Of a DNA stretch of 64,000 nucleotides, positions 1 to 9,479 are shown piece after piece. Each line of letters begins with the position of its first letter. Within the stretch, counting starts at the first letter, position 1. The notes under the pieces were generated by a model that did not search any database, was not told the origin of the DNA, and saw only the letters and a list, made by a program, of their open reading frames with translations. This DNA is from Deinococcota bacterium (GTDB lineage Bacteria > Deinococcota > Deinococci > Deinococcales > Thermaceae). The translations under genes were made by a program, and so were the position numbers. The stretch lies in NCBI GenBank assembly GCA_041695225.1, contig JBGFRI010000015.1, positions 1-64,000 of the forward strand, written 5' to 3'.

Positions 1-208
1 GACAAACACCAGACACACAGCAGTTTTTATAAGATAACAACCAGACCGACGACAGACGATTTCCTTTCCGGCGGCGCAAACGCTTACAAAATCCTATAAA
101 ATCTATTTTTAGAGGTTCCCTATAGGCTATCGACTATTGACTATCGACTCATTAGATGTCTCAGGTCGCAGGGCAAAAGCTATCAGCTATTGGCTATGGG
201 CTAATGGC

Positions 209-222
209 TGACCCGCTGGTCA
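209..222. promoter_or_regulatory. Palindromic operator TGACCCGCTGGTCA (TetR/SbtR-like) upstream of the S9 peptidase
   Basis: TGACC-N4-GGTCA dyad just upstream of a TAGAGT -10 (225-230); identical copy at 63951-63964. Confidence 0.55.
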
Positions 223-230
223 GGTAGAGT

Positions 231-2087
231 ATGGGGGTGACGCCTGACCTGTTGTACCAACTCCGCTTCCTGTCTGACCTGACCGAAGGACCTGCCGGTA
301 AGCCGCTTTTTGTCTACACTGATATTGAGCGGCCAGAGAAAGAGCCGCCCCGCTACCGCTCGCGCCTGGCCACCTGGGACGGCGAACTGCGCTTTCTAAC
401 CCAGGGCGAGGCCAAAGCGCCCTTCTGGCGCGGAAACTATATCTACTTTACCCGCAAGGCGGACAAGGCCGCCCAGCTCTTCCGCCTTCCGCTAAGCGGC
501 GGCGAGGCCGAACAGATTACGCAGCTCAAGGCTGGGGTAGAAGTGTACAAAGTCAGCCCAGATGGCAGCCGGATAGCCCTGCTGACCAGAGGCGATTACG
601 AGCCTCCCAAACCCGACGAACCCCGCATATACCAGACCTGGCCGGTGAAGTTCGATGCTAAGGGCTTGTTACCAGAGCAACCCAGAGAGCTCTGGTTATG
701 GGAAAATGGCGAAGTCAGGCCGCTGGTCAAACTGGCTTTTGATGTCGAAGAAGTGGTCTGGAACGCGGCAGGGAACGGGCTGTATCTGACTGCCTCGAGC
801 TCGCCCCAGGAGCGTTGGGGCTGGATTCAGCGGGCCTATTACGCGGGTCTGGACGGACAGATTGCCAAACTATTTGGGGGAGTGGGGCCCATTTCCGGCC
901 TCGAGCCCACTCCCGATGGCGGCCTGGTCTACCTGGCTCATGCCTGGGAACGGATGGGCGGGACGGAGTCCAGGCTTTATTACCGAGGGCCAGATGGAAC
1001 CATTCGCCAGCTGGCCGAGGGTTCGTTCCTCAACTCGGTAAACTCCGACGTTCGCATGGGCGCCGGGGTGCAGACCCCAAAACTAGGGCCGGATGGGCGG
1101 GTGTATGTGGTGGTCACCTATCAGGGTGCGGCCCGCTTGCTGGCGGTAACGCTTGAGGGCCAGGCCAGGTTCTTCAGCCCGGCGGAGTTTAACATCCTGA
1201 GTTTTGCCTTCTGCGGCGACGATCTGTACACACTCTCGGAAAGCTTTACCCGTTCTGCCTGCCTGACGCGCCGGGGGGAGTTGCTTTTTGATCCTAACAC
1301 GGGCGCTCTGCCTGAGCTTTACCAGCCTAAAGAGGTGCGCTATTTCGCCCCGCAGGGACACAGCGTACAGGGTTGGGTCTTGTTGCCGGAGGGGGATGGT
1401 CCTCATCCGGTGATTCTGTACATTCACGGTGGTCCCCACACCGCTTTTGGCAATGCCCTAATGTTCCAGCTACATGTGTTGCGAGCCGCGGGCTTTGCAG
1501 TGGCCTACTGCAACCCCAGGGGTTCGACGGGCTACGGGCAGGACTACGCCGAACTGGGCAAGCGCTGGGGGGATGTTGACCAGGATGACTTGCTGGGCTT
1601 TTTGGATCATGTGCTGGCAAACTTCCCCCTGGACAGTAGACGGGTGGCGGTGGCAGGGGGTTCGTATGGGGGCTACATGACCAACTGGCTAACCGCCAAC
1701 CAGCCAGGCCGTTTCAAGGCTGCCGTAACAGACCGTAGCATCTGCAATTGGACCAGCTTTTACGGCGCCTCCGACATCGGGCCGCGCTTTACTTATCTGG
1801 AGCTAGGAGCCAGGCCCTGGGAGAACCCCGAGGTACTGTGGCAAAAAAGCCCACTCTCGCTGGCGCATCAGGTACAGACTCCCACCCTGGTGGTGCACTC
1901 CGAACAAGACCACCGCTGCCCCATAGACCAGGGAGAGACCTGGTACACCGTCTTGCTGCAAAAAGGGGTTCCTACCCGGTTTTTCCGCTGCCCTGAAGAG
2001 GGGCACGAACTGAGCCGGGCAGGCCGCCCCGACCGGCGCATTGCTAGACTTAATGCCTATCTGGACTGGTTCAAGGCCTATTTGTGA
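231..2087 (+). CDS. S9 family (acylaminoacyl/prolyl oligo-) peptidase; true start may be GTG at 237
   Basis: Beta-propeller-like N-terminus, HGGP, GGSYGG nucleophile motif, D-x-R-C-P and EGH catalytic region. Confidence 0.92.
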   Translation: MGVTPDLLYQLRFLSDLTEGPAGKPLFVYTDIERPEKEPPRYRSRLATWDGELRFLTQGEAKAPFWRGNYIYFTRKADKAAQLFRLPLSGGEAEQITQLKAGVEVYKVSPDGSRIALLTRGDYEPPKPDEPRIYQTWPVKFDAKGLLPEQPRELWLWENGEVRPLVKLAFDVEEVVWNAAGNGLYLTASSSPQERWGWIQRAYYAGLDGQIAKLFGGVGPISGLEPTPDGGLVYLAHAWERMGGTESRLYYRGPDGTIRQLAEGSFLNSVNSDVRMGAGVQTPKLGPDGRVYVVVTYQGAARLLAVTLEGQARFFSPAEFNILSFAFCGDDLYTLSESFTRSACLTRRGELLFDPNTGALPELYQPKEVRYFAPQGHSVQGWVLLPEGDGPHPVILYIHGGPHTAFGNALMFQLHVLRAAGFAVAYCNPRGSTGYGQDYAELGKRWGDVDQDDLLGFLDHVLANFPLDSRRVAVAGGSYGGYMTNWLTANQPGRFKAAVTDRSICNWTSFYGASDIGPRFTYLELGARPWENPEVLWQKSPLSLAHQVQTPTLVVHSEQDHRCPIDQGETWYTVLLQKGVPTRFFRCPEEGHELSRAGRPDRRIARLNAYLDWFKAYL

Positions 2088-2192
2088 AAGGGTGCCGGGG
2101 GTTGAGGGTCAAAGGTTGAGAGTGGAAGATTGAAGGCGAGGGATAGAGAGTATTTTCTCTCCTGCTCCTCCCCCCGTATCCCTCGTTGCCGC

Positions 2193-3044
2193 ATGAACCC
2201 CTATCTGTTTCCCCTGTACTCGGTGCTGGCCTGGGGCCTTAATTTCGCGCTGATGAAGGTGCTGGTAGCAGAGCTGCCACCCCACGCCATGAACAGCCTG
2301 CGAACCTTGATTGCAGGGGTGATTTTCCTGTTGTTGTGGCGCTTTGTGGAGCGGCTGACCTGGCGCGACTGGGTGATTATTGGGGGCATCGGGATGCTGG
2401 GGAATCTGGCTTATCAGAGCTTGTTCTTAGAGGCTGTACCACGTCTTTCGGCCTCGCTCAACACCATTGTGAGCACCACCGGCCCAGTCTGGGTGGCCCT
2501 TATTAGCGCTTGGTGGCTGCGAGAGCGGCTTTCCTGGCTGGGTTACATGGGATTTGCCCTATCGTTTGTGGGGGTGGTGGCGCTAAGCTGGGGTGGGGGA
2601 GAGCGGCTGGAGCTGCTGGGCGTGCTCTTTAGCCTGGGGGCGGCCCTGGTCTGGGCAGTTTATACCGTGGCCTCGAGGCGGTTTGCTCTACGCTACCGGC
2701 TTTTGACCTGGACCGGGCTTGGTTTCATCGTGGGGATGTTCCCTTACTGGCTGTGGCATCTGCCAGAGGCGGCCCAGCTCGAGAGCAATCAACTTTCACC
2801 GCTAGTTCTGCTGGGGATCACGGCCTCGGCAGTTTTTGCGCTGGTGCTGGCTTTTTTGTCGTGGGTACGGGCCATACAGCTACTGGGGCCGGTACGGGTT
2901 GCGCCCTTCCAGTACCTGATACCTCTGGTTGGGGTTAGCGCGGGCGTGCTGCTGCTAGGCGAGACGCTGGCCTGGTTAGATCTGCTGGCTGGGGCTGTAA
3001 TCCTGCTGGGGGTCTTTATTACCCAACGGGCAAAGAGGCCGTAA
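2193..3044 (+). CDS. DMT/EamA family transporter
   Basis: About 10 hydrophobic segments, WGLNF and LLGE motifs; ATG at 2193 preferred over the TTG extension that lies in a repeat. Confidence 0.85.
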   Translation: MNPYLFPLYSVLAWGLNFALMKVLVAELPPHAMNSLRTLIAGVIFLLLWRFVERLTWRDWVIIGGIGMLGNLAYQSLFLEAVPRLSASLNTIVSTTGPVWVALISAWWLRERLSWLGYMGFALSFVGVVALSWGGGERLELLGVLFSLGAALVWAVYTVASRRFALRYRLLTWTGLGFIVGMFPYWLWHLPEAAQLESNQLSPLVLLGITASAVFALVLAFLSWVRAIQLLGPVRVAPFQYLIPLVGVSAGVLLLGETLAWLDLLAGAVILLGVFITQRAKRP

Positions 3045-3120
3045 GACCTGAACGGCGAAGAGTTTGTGCCAAAGGCAACCGATCTGCACCTTGGAACCGT
3101 CGCCGGCCGCGGCGAAAAAT

Positions 3121-3144
3121 GAAAGGCGGGCGACGCCGCCTTTC
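3121..3144. terminator. Hairpin between convergent genes (putative bidirectional terminator)
   Basis: GAAAGGCGG-N6-CCGCCTTTC inverted repeat. Confidence 0.55.
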
Positions 3145-3163
3145 TACTGGACCCGCCTTTTGC

Positions 3164-3457
3164 TCAGGCTCTGGAAGTTTCCATGGCCTCGGGGATGACC
3201 CCGTAGGCCTCCTCGTAGCGCTGGATGTTCTCGGCCAGGCTACGTAACAGGGCCTTGGTATGTTGTGGGCTGGTGATAACCCTGCTGGTAATGACGGCTA
3301 CCACCTGGTTGGGCTGGCCGCCGGGCTGCATCAGGGCGAAATCGAGATAGAACTCGTTTTTCTGGTGCGAAAAGATTGCGAAGTTGGCATACTTGCCAAC
3401 TGCGGTCTCGCGGTCAATGTCTATACGCAGTTCGGGTACTTGTGAAACCTCACTCAC
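3164..3457 (-). CDS. DUF3467-like protein
   Basis: G-x-YANFAI-x-H...EF-x-LDF...SRVITSPQH-x-K-x-L pattern typical of DUF3467. Confidence 0.75.
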   Translation of the reverse strand: MSEVSQVPELRIDIDRETAVGKYANFAIFSHQKNEFYLDFALMQPGGQPNQVVAVITSRVITSPQHTKALLRSLAENIQRYEEAYGVIPEAMETSRA

Positions 3458-3807
3458 GATAAAGCCTCCTTAAGGCGTGGGACACTCTTTTTAAGCTGGA
3501 AACGCACCCGGCCCAGGCTATGCATGGAGTCCATAAGCACCACCAGCAAGTACCCATGCTCGAGCGGAACCAGCAATACTGGCCCCTGGGGGTACTCTAC
3601 CATGACTTCTTCCACTTCGCCGCGCCCCAGTTCCTGCGATAGCGCCCGTGCAGAAGCCAGTGCAGTGGAGGCTACCCCCCCAAGAAAATCTACATCGGGA
3701 GCCTGGTCGGCGCGGAAACTATCAACCACGAAGCCATCCTCGGCCACCAGGGCCGACGCCAGCACACCTTTGGTCACTTGCAGTTCGCCAAGCACTTCTT
3801 GAACCAT
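3454..3807 (-). CDS. Roadblock/LC7 (MglB-like) protein
   Basis: GV-x-x-x-x-LV-x-x-DG-x-VV motif; AGGAG RBS before the ATG at 3807. Confidence 0.8.
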   Translation of the reverse strand: MVQEVLGELQVTKGVLASALVAEDGFVVDSFRADQAPDVDFLGGVASTALASARALSQELGRGEVEEVMVEYPQGPVLLVPLEHGYLLVVLMDSMHSLGRVRFQLKKSVPRLKEALS

Positions 3808-3921
3808 ACTCTTGCTCCTATCGCGCGCCTTGCCAACCTTGCGTCCTACGGCGGAGGCAACTGTCCCGATTCTGGTGCGCTCCTCTGGCTCATCATATGC
3901 CGTAACCACGCAACCAGCGCT

Positions 3922-4257
3922 CTAAATGGTCTGAGCCAGGCGTAGCGCTAGACGCGAAAGCTCGCTGCCAATGCTCTGGTAGTCGGCGCCCTTCTCGATC
4001 ACTGCTCCCAGGCAGTAGCCAGAAAAAACCACCACCAGTACTTCCCGATGCTCGGTGGCTATGGTAAAGCGCCGCAGGTCTCCTCCCAGGCTCCGGGCCA
4101 GAGTGCGGCTGGCCCTGGCCAGGGCTACCAGCTCGGCTGCCAGCAGCTCGGGCGCGGGTATCTCCTGGCCTGCGCTTTCGATCACCAGGCCATCCCGGCC
4201 GGTGAAGACAGCCTGGCGCACACCCAGCGGTATTAGGGTCTCGAGCATTTTCATCAC
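3922..4257 (-). CDS. Roadblock/LC7 (MglB-like) protein
   Basis: GV-x-x-AV-x-x-G-x-DGLVIE motif; size fits the fold. Confidence 0.75.
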   Translation of the reverse strand: MMKMLETLIPLGVRQAVFTGRDGLVIESAGQEIPAPELLAAELVALARASRTLARSLGGDLRRFTIATEHREVLVVVFSGYCLGAVIEKGADYQSIGSELSRLALRLAQTI

Positions 4258-4458
4258 CTGCTCCCATGATTTGCCTGATGTGCCGTACCCATATGGCTTT
4301 ACCCTAGCACATTACCCACCAGGATTCAGCCAAATTGCACCGCACGTCGCAGGTCGCAAGTCTCGGGTCGCGTGTCAAGCGTTACATGGGAACGGGAATG
4401 ACAGCCAACGGTAAACAGACCTGGCTATTCGCTATCAGCCATTGACAATGGACTAGTT

Positions 4459-5046
4459 CTAGCGATATCCCCGGCGGTTTTCCATTGCTCTGGCTAAGGT
4501 TACCTCGTCGGCATACTCGAGGCTTCCACCCACCGGCAGGCCATAGGCCAGCCGGGTAGGGCGGACCTCGCTCTGGCCCAGGCGTTCGGCCAGATAGGCC
4601 GCGGTGGCCTCGCCCTCGACGGTCATACCGGTAGCCAGGATGACCTCAACCACGCCCTGAAGCCGAGAGAGGAGCTTCTCCAGGTAAAGTTGCTCTGGCC
4701 CGATCCCCTCCAGCGGGTTGAGCGCCCCACCCAGCACATGGTAAAGGCCGTTGTACTCGCCGCTGCGCTCAATTGCCATCAGGTCGGAGATGGTCTCCAC
4801 CACGCAGATAAGCGATCTGTCTCGGTCAGGGTCGGAACAGATTGGGCATAGCGCATCTTCGGCCAGGTTGCCACACGCCGGGCAGGGGTGCAGGGCCTGT
4901 GCGGCTTGCAGGCTGCCCAGCAGATCTGAGGCTGAATCGGGGTTCTGCACCAAAAACAGCCCAAGCTTCTGGGCGCTTTTTGGGCCAATCCCTGGGAGCC
5001 CTGCCAGGGCCCGCACCAGCTTGAGGAGTCTCTCGGGGTAGCGCAT
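4459..5046 (-). CDS. recR: Recombination mediator RecR
   Basis: LPGIGPKSA HhH motif, C4 zinc finger, Toprim domain, GLPVGGSLEYADEVTL. Confidence 0.97.
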   Translation of the reverse strand: MRYPERLLKLVRALAGLPGIGPKSAQKLGLFLVQNPDSASDLLGSLQAAQALHPCPACGNLAEDALCPICSDPDRDRSLICVVETISDLMAIERSGEYNGLYHVLGGALNPLEGIGPEQLYLEKLLSRLQGVVEVILATGMTVEGEATAAYLAERLGQSEVRPTRLAYGLPVGGSLEYADEVTLARAMENRRGYR

Positions 5047-5128
5047 AGCGAAGCTGATAGCCTATAGTCGATAGCCGATAGCTTTTTGCCTTTAGCTATT
5101 CGCTATGGGCTACTGGCTATCGGCCTAC

Positions 5129-5443
5129 TCAGAACATCCCCCCCAGCATGTTGCCGATGCCGCCCAGCTCGCGGCTCATTTCTTTTTCCGAGAGTTCGTG
5201 GGCCTTTTTCTGGGCGTCCTGGATCGCGACCAACAGCAGGTCTTCCAGCATCTCGAGGTCTTCTTTGTCCACCGCCTCGGGCTTTAGCTTGACCAGCTGA
5301 ACCTGGCCGTGCCCGTTGGCCGTGACCTCCACCATGCCCCCGCCAGCGCTGCCCACCACCATCATGCTGCCAAGCCTTTCTTGCACTTCGGCGGCTTTCT
5401 TCTGGGCTTTCTGGGCCTCTTTCATTATTTTCTGAATGTTCAT
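5129..5443 (-). CDS. ybaB: YbaB/EbfC nucleoid-associated protein
   Basis: GSAGGGMVEV...D-x-EMLEDL motif; conserved position upstream of recR. Confidence 0.95.
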   Translation of the reverse strand: MNIQKIMKEAQKAQKKAAEVQERLGSMMVVGSAGGGMVEVTANGHGQVQLVKLKPEAVDKEDLEMLEDLLLVAIQDAQKKAHELSEKEMSRELGGIGNMLGGMF

Positions 5444-5497
5444 CTACTCCTCCGCAGCAACCCTGATCATTATTGCATCAACCCAGGCCTGTTACAG

Positions 5498-6697
5498 TCA
5501 CTCGGGCCGGCTTAGAGTATCCAGGCTTGGTATACCCCCCCGCAGGACCACCAGCAAGACCACCGCCGATACTGCGATACCTGAGAACATCAGCACCACC
5601 AGGACCCCCAGGGCTGGCTCCAGGAGGCCGGCCATAAAGGTTCCCATCAGCACCGAGCTCTGCATAGTAGCCCCAAAGGCGGCCATGACCCGTCCGCGCA
5701 GGTCGGGAGGGGTTGCCAGCTGGATGATGGAGCGGGCTGGAACGATGAACAGCGTGTTGGCAACTCCCAGGACGAAAAGTGCAAACCCCGCCCAGAGTAC
5801 AAATGGAAAAAAGCCCAACGAGGCCAGTAGAACACCAAATGCTCCCAGGCCCATTAAGAAGACCGACTGACGCGACCGGGTTTTGAGCAGTCTCATGGCC
5901 AGAAAAAGCCCCAGAATGGCGCCGATAGCAGTTAGGGCCTCGAGCACGGCAAAACCCTGTACACCAATCTGGAGTACCCCCATCGCCAGCACAATGCCCA
6001 GGGTTGCTTCAACTGAACCAAACACCGCGGCTACCGCCAGGGTGCCTATGGTTCGCCGCAGAACCAGGTTCTGCCATAAAAGGCTGACACCAGAGACAAC
6101 CATAGCGAAATAAGCGCCCCTTGCCGCTCTGCCAGGCAGCCGGGGCAGCCGGATCAGCAGGACCGTGGCGATCAGGTAAGTGGTAGCATCAATCCAGAAA
6201 GCTGGAGCCGGTCCCAGACCCGCGACCAGTACTCCGGCCAGAGCTACAAAAACTACCTCGGAAAAGCGATCGGTAAATGTCATCAGGCTATTGGCCCCGT
6301 CCAGCGCCGATGTGGGCACCAGGTCGGGGAGCGAGCTGTTGGATGCCGAGTAGTGAATTGAACTGAAAGCTGAGATCAGAAAAGCGATGACCATCAGCAG
6401 CGGCATGGAGCCCATGGCAAAAAGCGGAATGCTGGCTACCAGGAGGGCCCTGGCCAGGTTGGCGACAATCATCAGCATGCGGCGGTCATATCGGTCTACC
6501 AGCGGCCCCAGCAACGGCCCCAGCAGTGCACTGGCCAAAAACTGGGACCCCAGAATCAAGGCGACCCAGACCGCATTCTGGGTTTCCTGGAAGGCCACAA
6601 ACAACAGGGCGATGCGCTGGATCTTGGCGCCCACCTGCGAGACCATGCTAGACAGAAACAGCCAGCGAAATGCGGAGTGCTGCAATGCGCTTCTCAT
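5498..6697 (-). CDS. MFS transporter (DHA3/MFS_3-like)
   Basis: About 12 TM segments, G-x-x-x-DRYDRR motif A, LRGRV motif. Confidence 0.88.
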   Translation of the reverse strand: MRSALQHSAFRWLFLSSMVSQVGAKIQRIALLFVAFQETQNAVWVALILGSQFLASALLGPLLGPLVDRYDRRMLMIVANLARALLVASIPLFAMGSMPLLMVIAFLISAFSSIHYSASNSSLPDLVPTSALDGANSLMTFTDRFSEVVFVALAGVLVAGLGPAPAFWIDATTYLIATVLLIRLPRLPGRAARGAYFAMVVSGVSLLWQNLVLRRTIGTLAVAAVFGSVEATLGIVLAMGVLQIGVQGFAVLEALTAIGAILGLFLAMRLLKTRSRQSVFLMGLGAFGVLLASLGFFPFVLWAGFALFVLGVANTLFIVPARSIIQLATPPDLRGRVMAAFGATMQSSVLMGTFMAGLLEPALGVLVVLMFSGIAVSAVVLLVVLRGGIPSLDTLSRPE

Positions 6698-6899
6698 AGG
6701 TTGCCCAATAATAAACTGTCAAGCTTAGGTCAGGAAGATTAACCAGGCTTAGATGCGGAGGGACGGAATTTCTCAAAACGGTATGACCGCGCTTTGCGAA
6801 AAAGGCCTTACGCTTAGGGCGGCTGTACCTGATGTGATTTTATTTTGCCTATCGGCCCTCAACAATTTTCTTGCTTTGAAGCCTGCTTTAGGCCCGACC

Positions 6900-8699
6900 T
6901 CAGGGGCTGGCCCGGCGCTGCGGTAAAAGCGTGACCAGATGGTGGGCGACCCTTATCCCTTCACGTGCAAGTACCAGCCCACCCTCCGGCACCATCCAGA
7001 TCATCAGGTCTAGCAGCTTGCGCGGCACCAGACCGGTGGAAGAGACATACACCAGATTGTCCTGGTAACGTAACGAAAGCACAGCGCTGCCCGCCTTTAC
7101 CGTGCTGGGGCTGTCGCCCACGGTGGTTGAGCCCACGTTCTCGCCCAGGGTATCGCGGGAAGGGGGGCTAAAACCCAGCCATTCAGAAAGTTCAACCTGT
7201 AAAACCTGGGCGTAGTTTTCCAGCTCGAGCGCCCGCGCTACTTCGGCCAGATAAACCAACCAGCTCGAGTTCTTTTCGATTCTGCCCTTGACTACCTCGA
7301 GGCCCTTGCGCACAAATTCTTGCAGATTGTCTATGGGCGCCTCGCTGTACTTGCCAGCCGACTCTGGAGTGAAGAGGGCATAGCTGACCTCTCCTTTGAA
7401 GCGGGCCGAAAGCGCACGCAGCAAGCGCAGGTAGGCAAAGTGATTCTCCGGCCACATCAGAAAGGTCATAACCCGGCCTTCGGCCAACAGGTTGGAAAGG
7501 GTGGCGGCCTCGCGTGGTTCAATACGCAGATTGAGGTAGTCCTGGTAGCGGACAGCGTACAACTCGGCATCGGGCAGGGTCAGACTGAAGGCGGCGTTGT
7601 CTTCAATCATCCGTTCTTGCCCAGCTAGGCTGAGGCCAAATAGCTTACCTGCTTGAGAGATGCCAATTTCGTGATTCCAGAAGTAGAAGCGCTGCGGTAT
7701 CAGACGCACATTAACCGACTTGGCATCGTGTGGAACAGACTGTAGCCCAAATGCCGCGCTCTGGCTGCCCAGGATTTTCTGTGGAATCTGCGGCCAGCTG
7801 GCTTCTCCCCGGGGGCTGGGCAGATAGCGGGTGAGCAGGGTGGAGAGACGCTCGATAGCTGCGGCAAAACGCCCCCGATCATCCTCCACGACCAAAGACA
7901 TCCGCCGCTCCTCGGCGGCTGCGGCTTGGAGGCGTTCCTCCAGGGCGCGAATTTCTGTCGGGCTAAGATTCTGGCGATAGGCTTCATCTAGGGCCCGCCG
8001 CAGTGCCTCGAGGGTGGGCCCGCGGATGCTGGTTCGCAGCGAACCTTCACTCTCCAACACCCGCCGGGCAAACCGCCTTATATACGGCACGGTTTCTTCT
8101 AGCGGCAGTTTGAGCTTGCCAGCCAGGCCATGGGCCTCGCGGAACAGCTCCAACAGGATGTTTCTGGCAACATCGGGGTTTTCCAGGTGTAAACGGGGGT
8201 CCGAAACGCCTGGGATGGGGTGGGCCAGCACAAACCGCGAAAGGTTATAGTCCTGTGAAAATTGAGGAGTTTTGGAGTAGGCCTCGAGGTTTTGCAGGAT
8301 GGCATAGGCCATACGTAGCTCGTCGCGCTTACCGTGTTCATAGGCTTTGGCAGTACGAAGCAGGTCGCGCTCGAGCCGGCTCCAGTACACGGCCTCGGTC
8401 AGTTTCTCCAGCGCCTCGCGTTCGGGACTGACAAAAGAGCTCTCTTCTTCAATCAAAATCATGCCCAGATCGGGGGCTCTGCCCTCGTCCACGATGGTTT
8501 TGTAGCCGGGACGATGGGCTTTAAAACGCCCATCAATATCGCGAAATTTCCTGGCCAGGGGGCCGGGCAGACTGGACTGGATCAGGGTCTGCCGCAGGCG
8601 GGCCAGACCGACCATCCCACCCTTGGGCTCAAGGCCAGACACAAGGTCGTCTACCTTGTATTCATACAACTCAAGTAATTCAACCAATCCTGCCTTCAT
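6900..8699 (-). CDS. Hypothetical protein, about 599 aa (coiled-coil middle, beta-rich C-terminus)
   Basis: Long ORF with host-like codon usage; ATG at 8699 avoids overlap with PP2C and lies 9 nt after a TATAAT. Confidence 0.75.
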   Translation of the reverse strand: MKAGLVELLELYEYKVDDLVSGLEPKGGMVGLARLRQTLIQSSLPGPLARKFRDIDGRFKAHRPGYKTIVDEGRAPDLGMILIEEESSFVSPEREALEKLTEAVYWSRLERDLLRTAKAYEHGKRDELRMAYAILQNLEAYSKTPQFSQDYNLSRFVLAHPIPGVSDPRLHLENPDVARNILLELFREAHGLAGKLKLPLEETVPYIRRFARRVLESEGSLRTSIRGPTLEALRRALDEAYRQNLSPTEIRALEERLQAAAAEERRMSLVVEDDRGRFAAAIERLSTLLTRYLPSPRGEASWPQIPQKILGSQSAAFGLQSVPHDAKSVNVRLIPQRFYFWNHEIGISQAGKLFGLSLAGQERMIEDNAAFSLTLPDAELYAVRYQDYLNLRIEPREAATLSNLLAEGRVMTFLMWPENHFAYLRLLRALSARFKGEVSYALFTPESAGKYSEAPIDNLQEFVRKGLEVVKGRIEKNSSWLVYLAEVARALELENYAQVLQVELSEWLGFSPPSRDTLGENVGSTTVGDSPSTVKAGSAVLSLRYQDNLVYVSSTGLVPRKLLDLMIWMVPEGGLVLAREGIRVAHHLVTLLPQRRASP

Positions 8700-8707
8700 C
8701 CAGACGG

Positions 8708-8714
8708 TATTATA
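8708..8714. promoter_or_regulatory. Overlapping bidirectional -10 element (TATTAT on +, TATAAT on -)
   Basis: TATTATA sits in the 22-nt gap between divergent start codons at 8699 and 8722. Confidence 0.6.
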
Positions 8715-8721
8715 AGGTGTC

Positions 8722-9479
8722 ATGCGACTGGCGCGGCTCGAAATTGCCACAGAATCCAATATTGGTCGTCGTCGCCGAAGCAACGAAGACTTCCACCGCG
8801 TTGCCATTCACCCCACCCCGGCTGGCAACCTGGTGCTGCTAGCCGTAGCCGACGGTATGGGTGGGGCTGAAGCAGGCGAGCTGGCCAGCAAATTAGCCAT
8901 CGAAGGGGTCAGCTCGGCAGCCAGGTCCTACGCCGAACATGCCGCTACTGGTCGGCCTGGGGTGGGGCTCGGCCTGGTAATGGACAAAGCCTTGAAGCTT
9001 GCCCAGCGCCGCATTGTGCAGGAGGGTGAGCGGGTACCATCCCGCAAGGGCATGGGGACCACCCTCACCGCGGTCATGCTGACTGAGTGGAATCGGCAGG
9101 CGGTGATTGGGCATGTGGGTGATACCCGCGCTTACCGCTACTCGTCTGGGCGCTGGACCATGCTGACCCAGGACCACTCCTGGGTGGCTCAACAGGTGCG
9201 CCAGGGGGTACTAAGCATGGATCAAGCCGAAGACCACCCCTGGAAACACATGCTAACCAGGCGCTGGGTCTTTCTGATGTACGGCACGACATTGTGGCAG
9301 TAAACTTTGCCCCCGGCGAGGTGTTGGTTTTGGCTACCGACGGACTTTATGGACTGGTACCCCCGGAGGAATGGAGCATTACCGGCGATCTGCAAGCGGC
9401 CCTCGAGAGCTGGGTAGGCAAGGCCCTGGTGCGTGGGGGAACAGACAACATTACCGTGGTTGCCGCGAGGTTTAAATGA
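8722..9479 (+). pseudogene. PP2C-family Ser/Thr phosphatase with a 1-nt frameshift near 9256-9262 (real or sequencing error)
   Basis: NED, VADGMGG, GTTLT, HVGD-x-RAY, LT-x-DHS in the first frame; ALG...LATDGL...GGTDNITVV continues in another frame. Confidence 0.8.
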
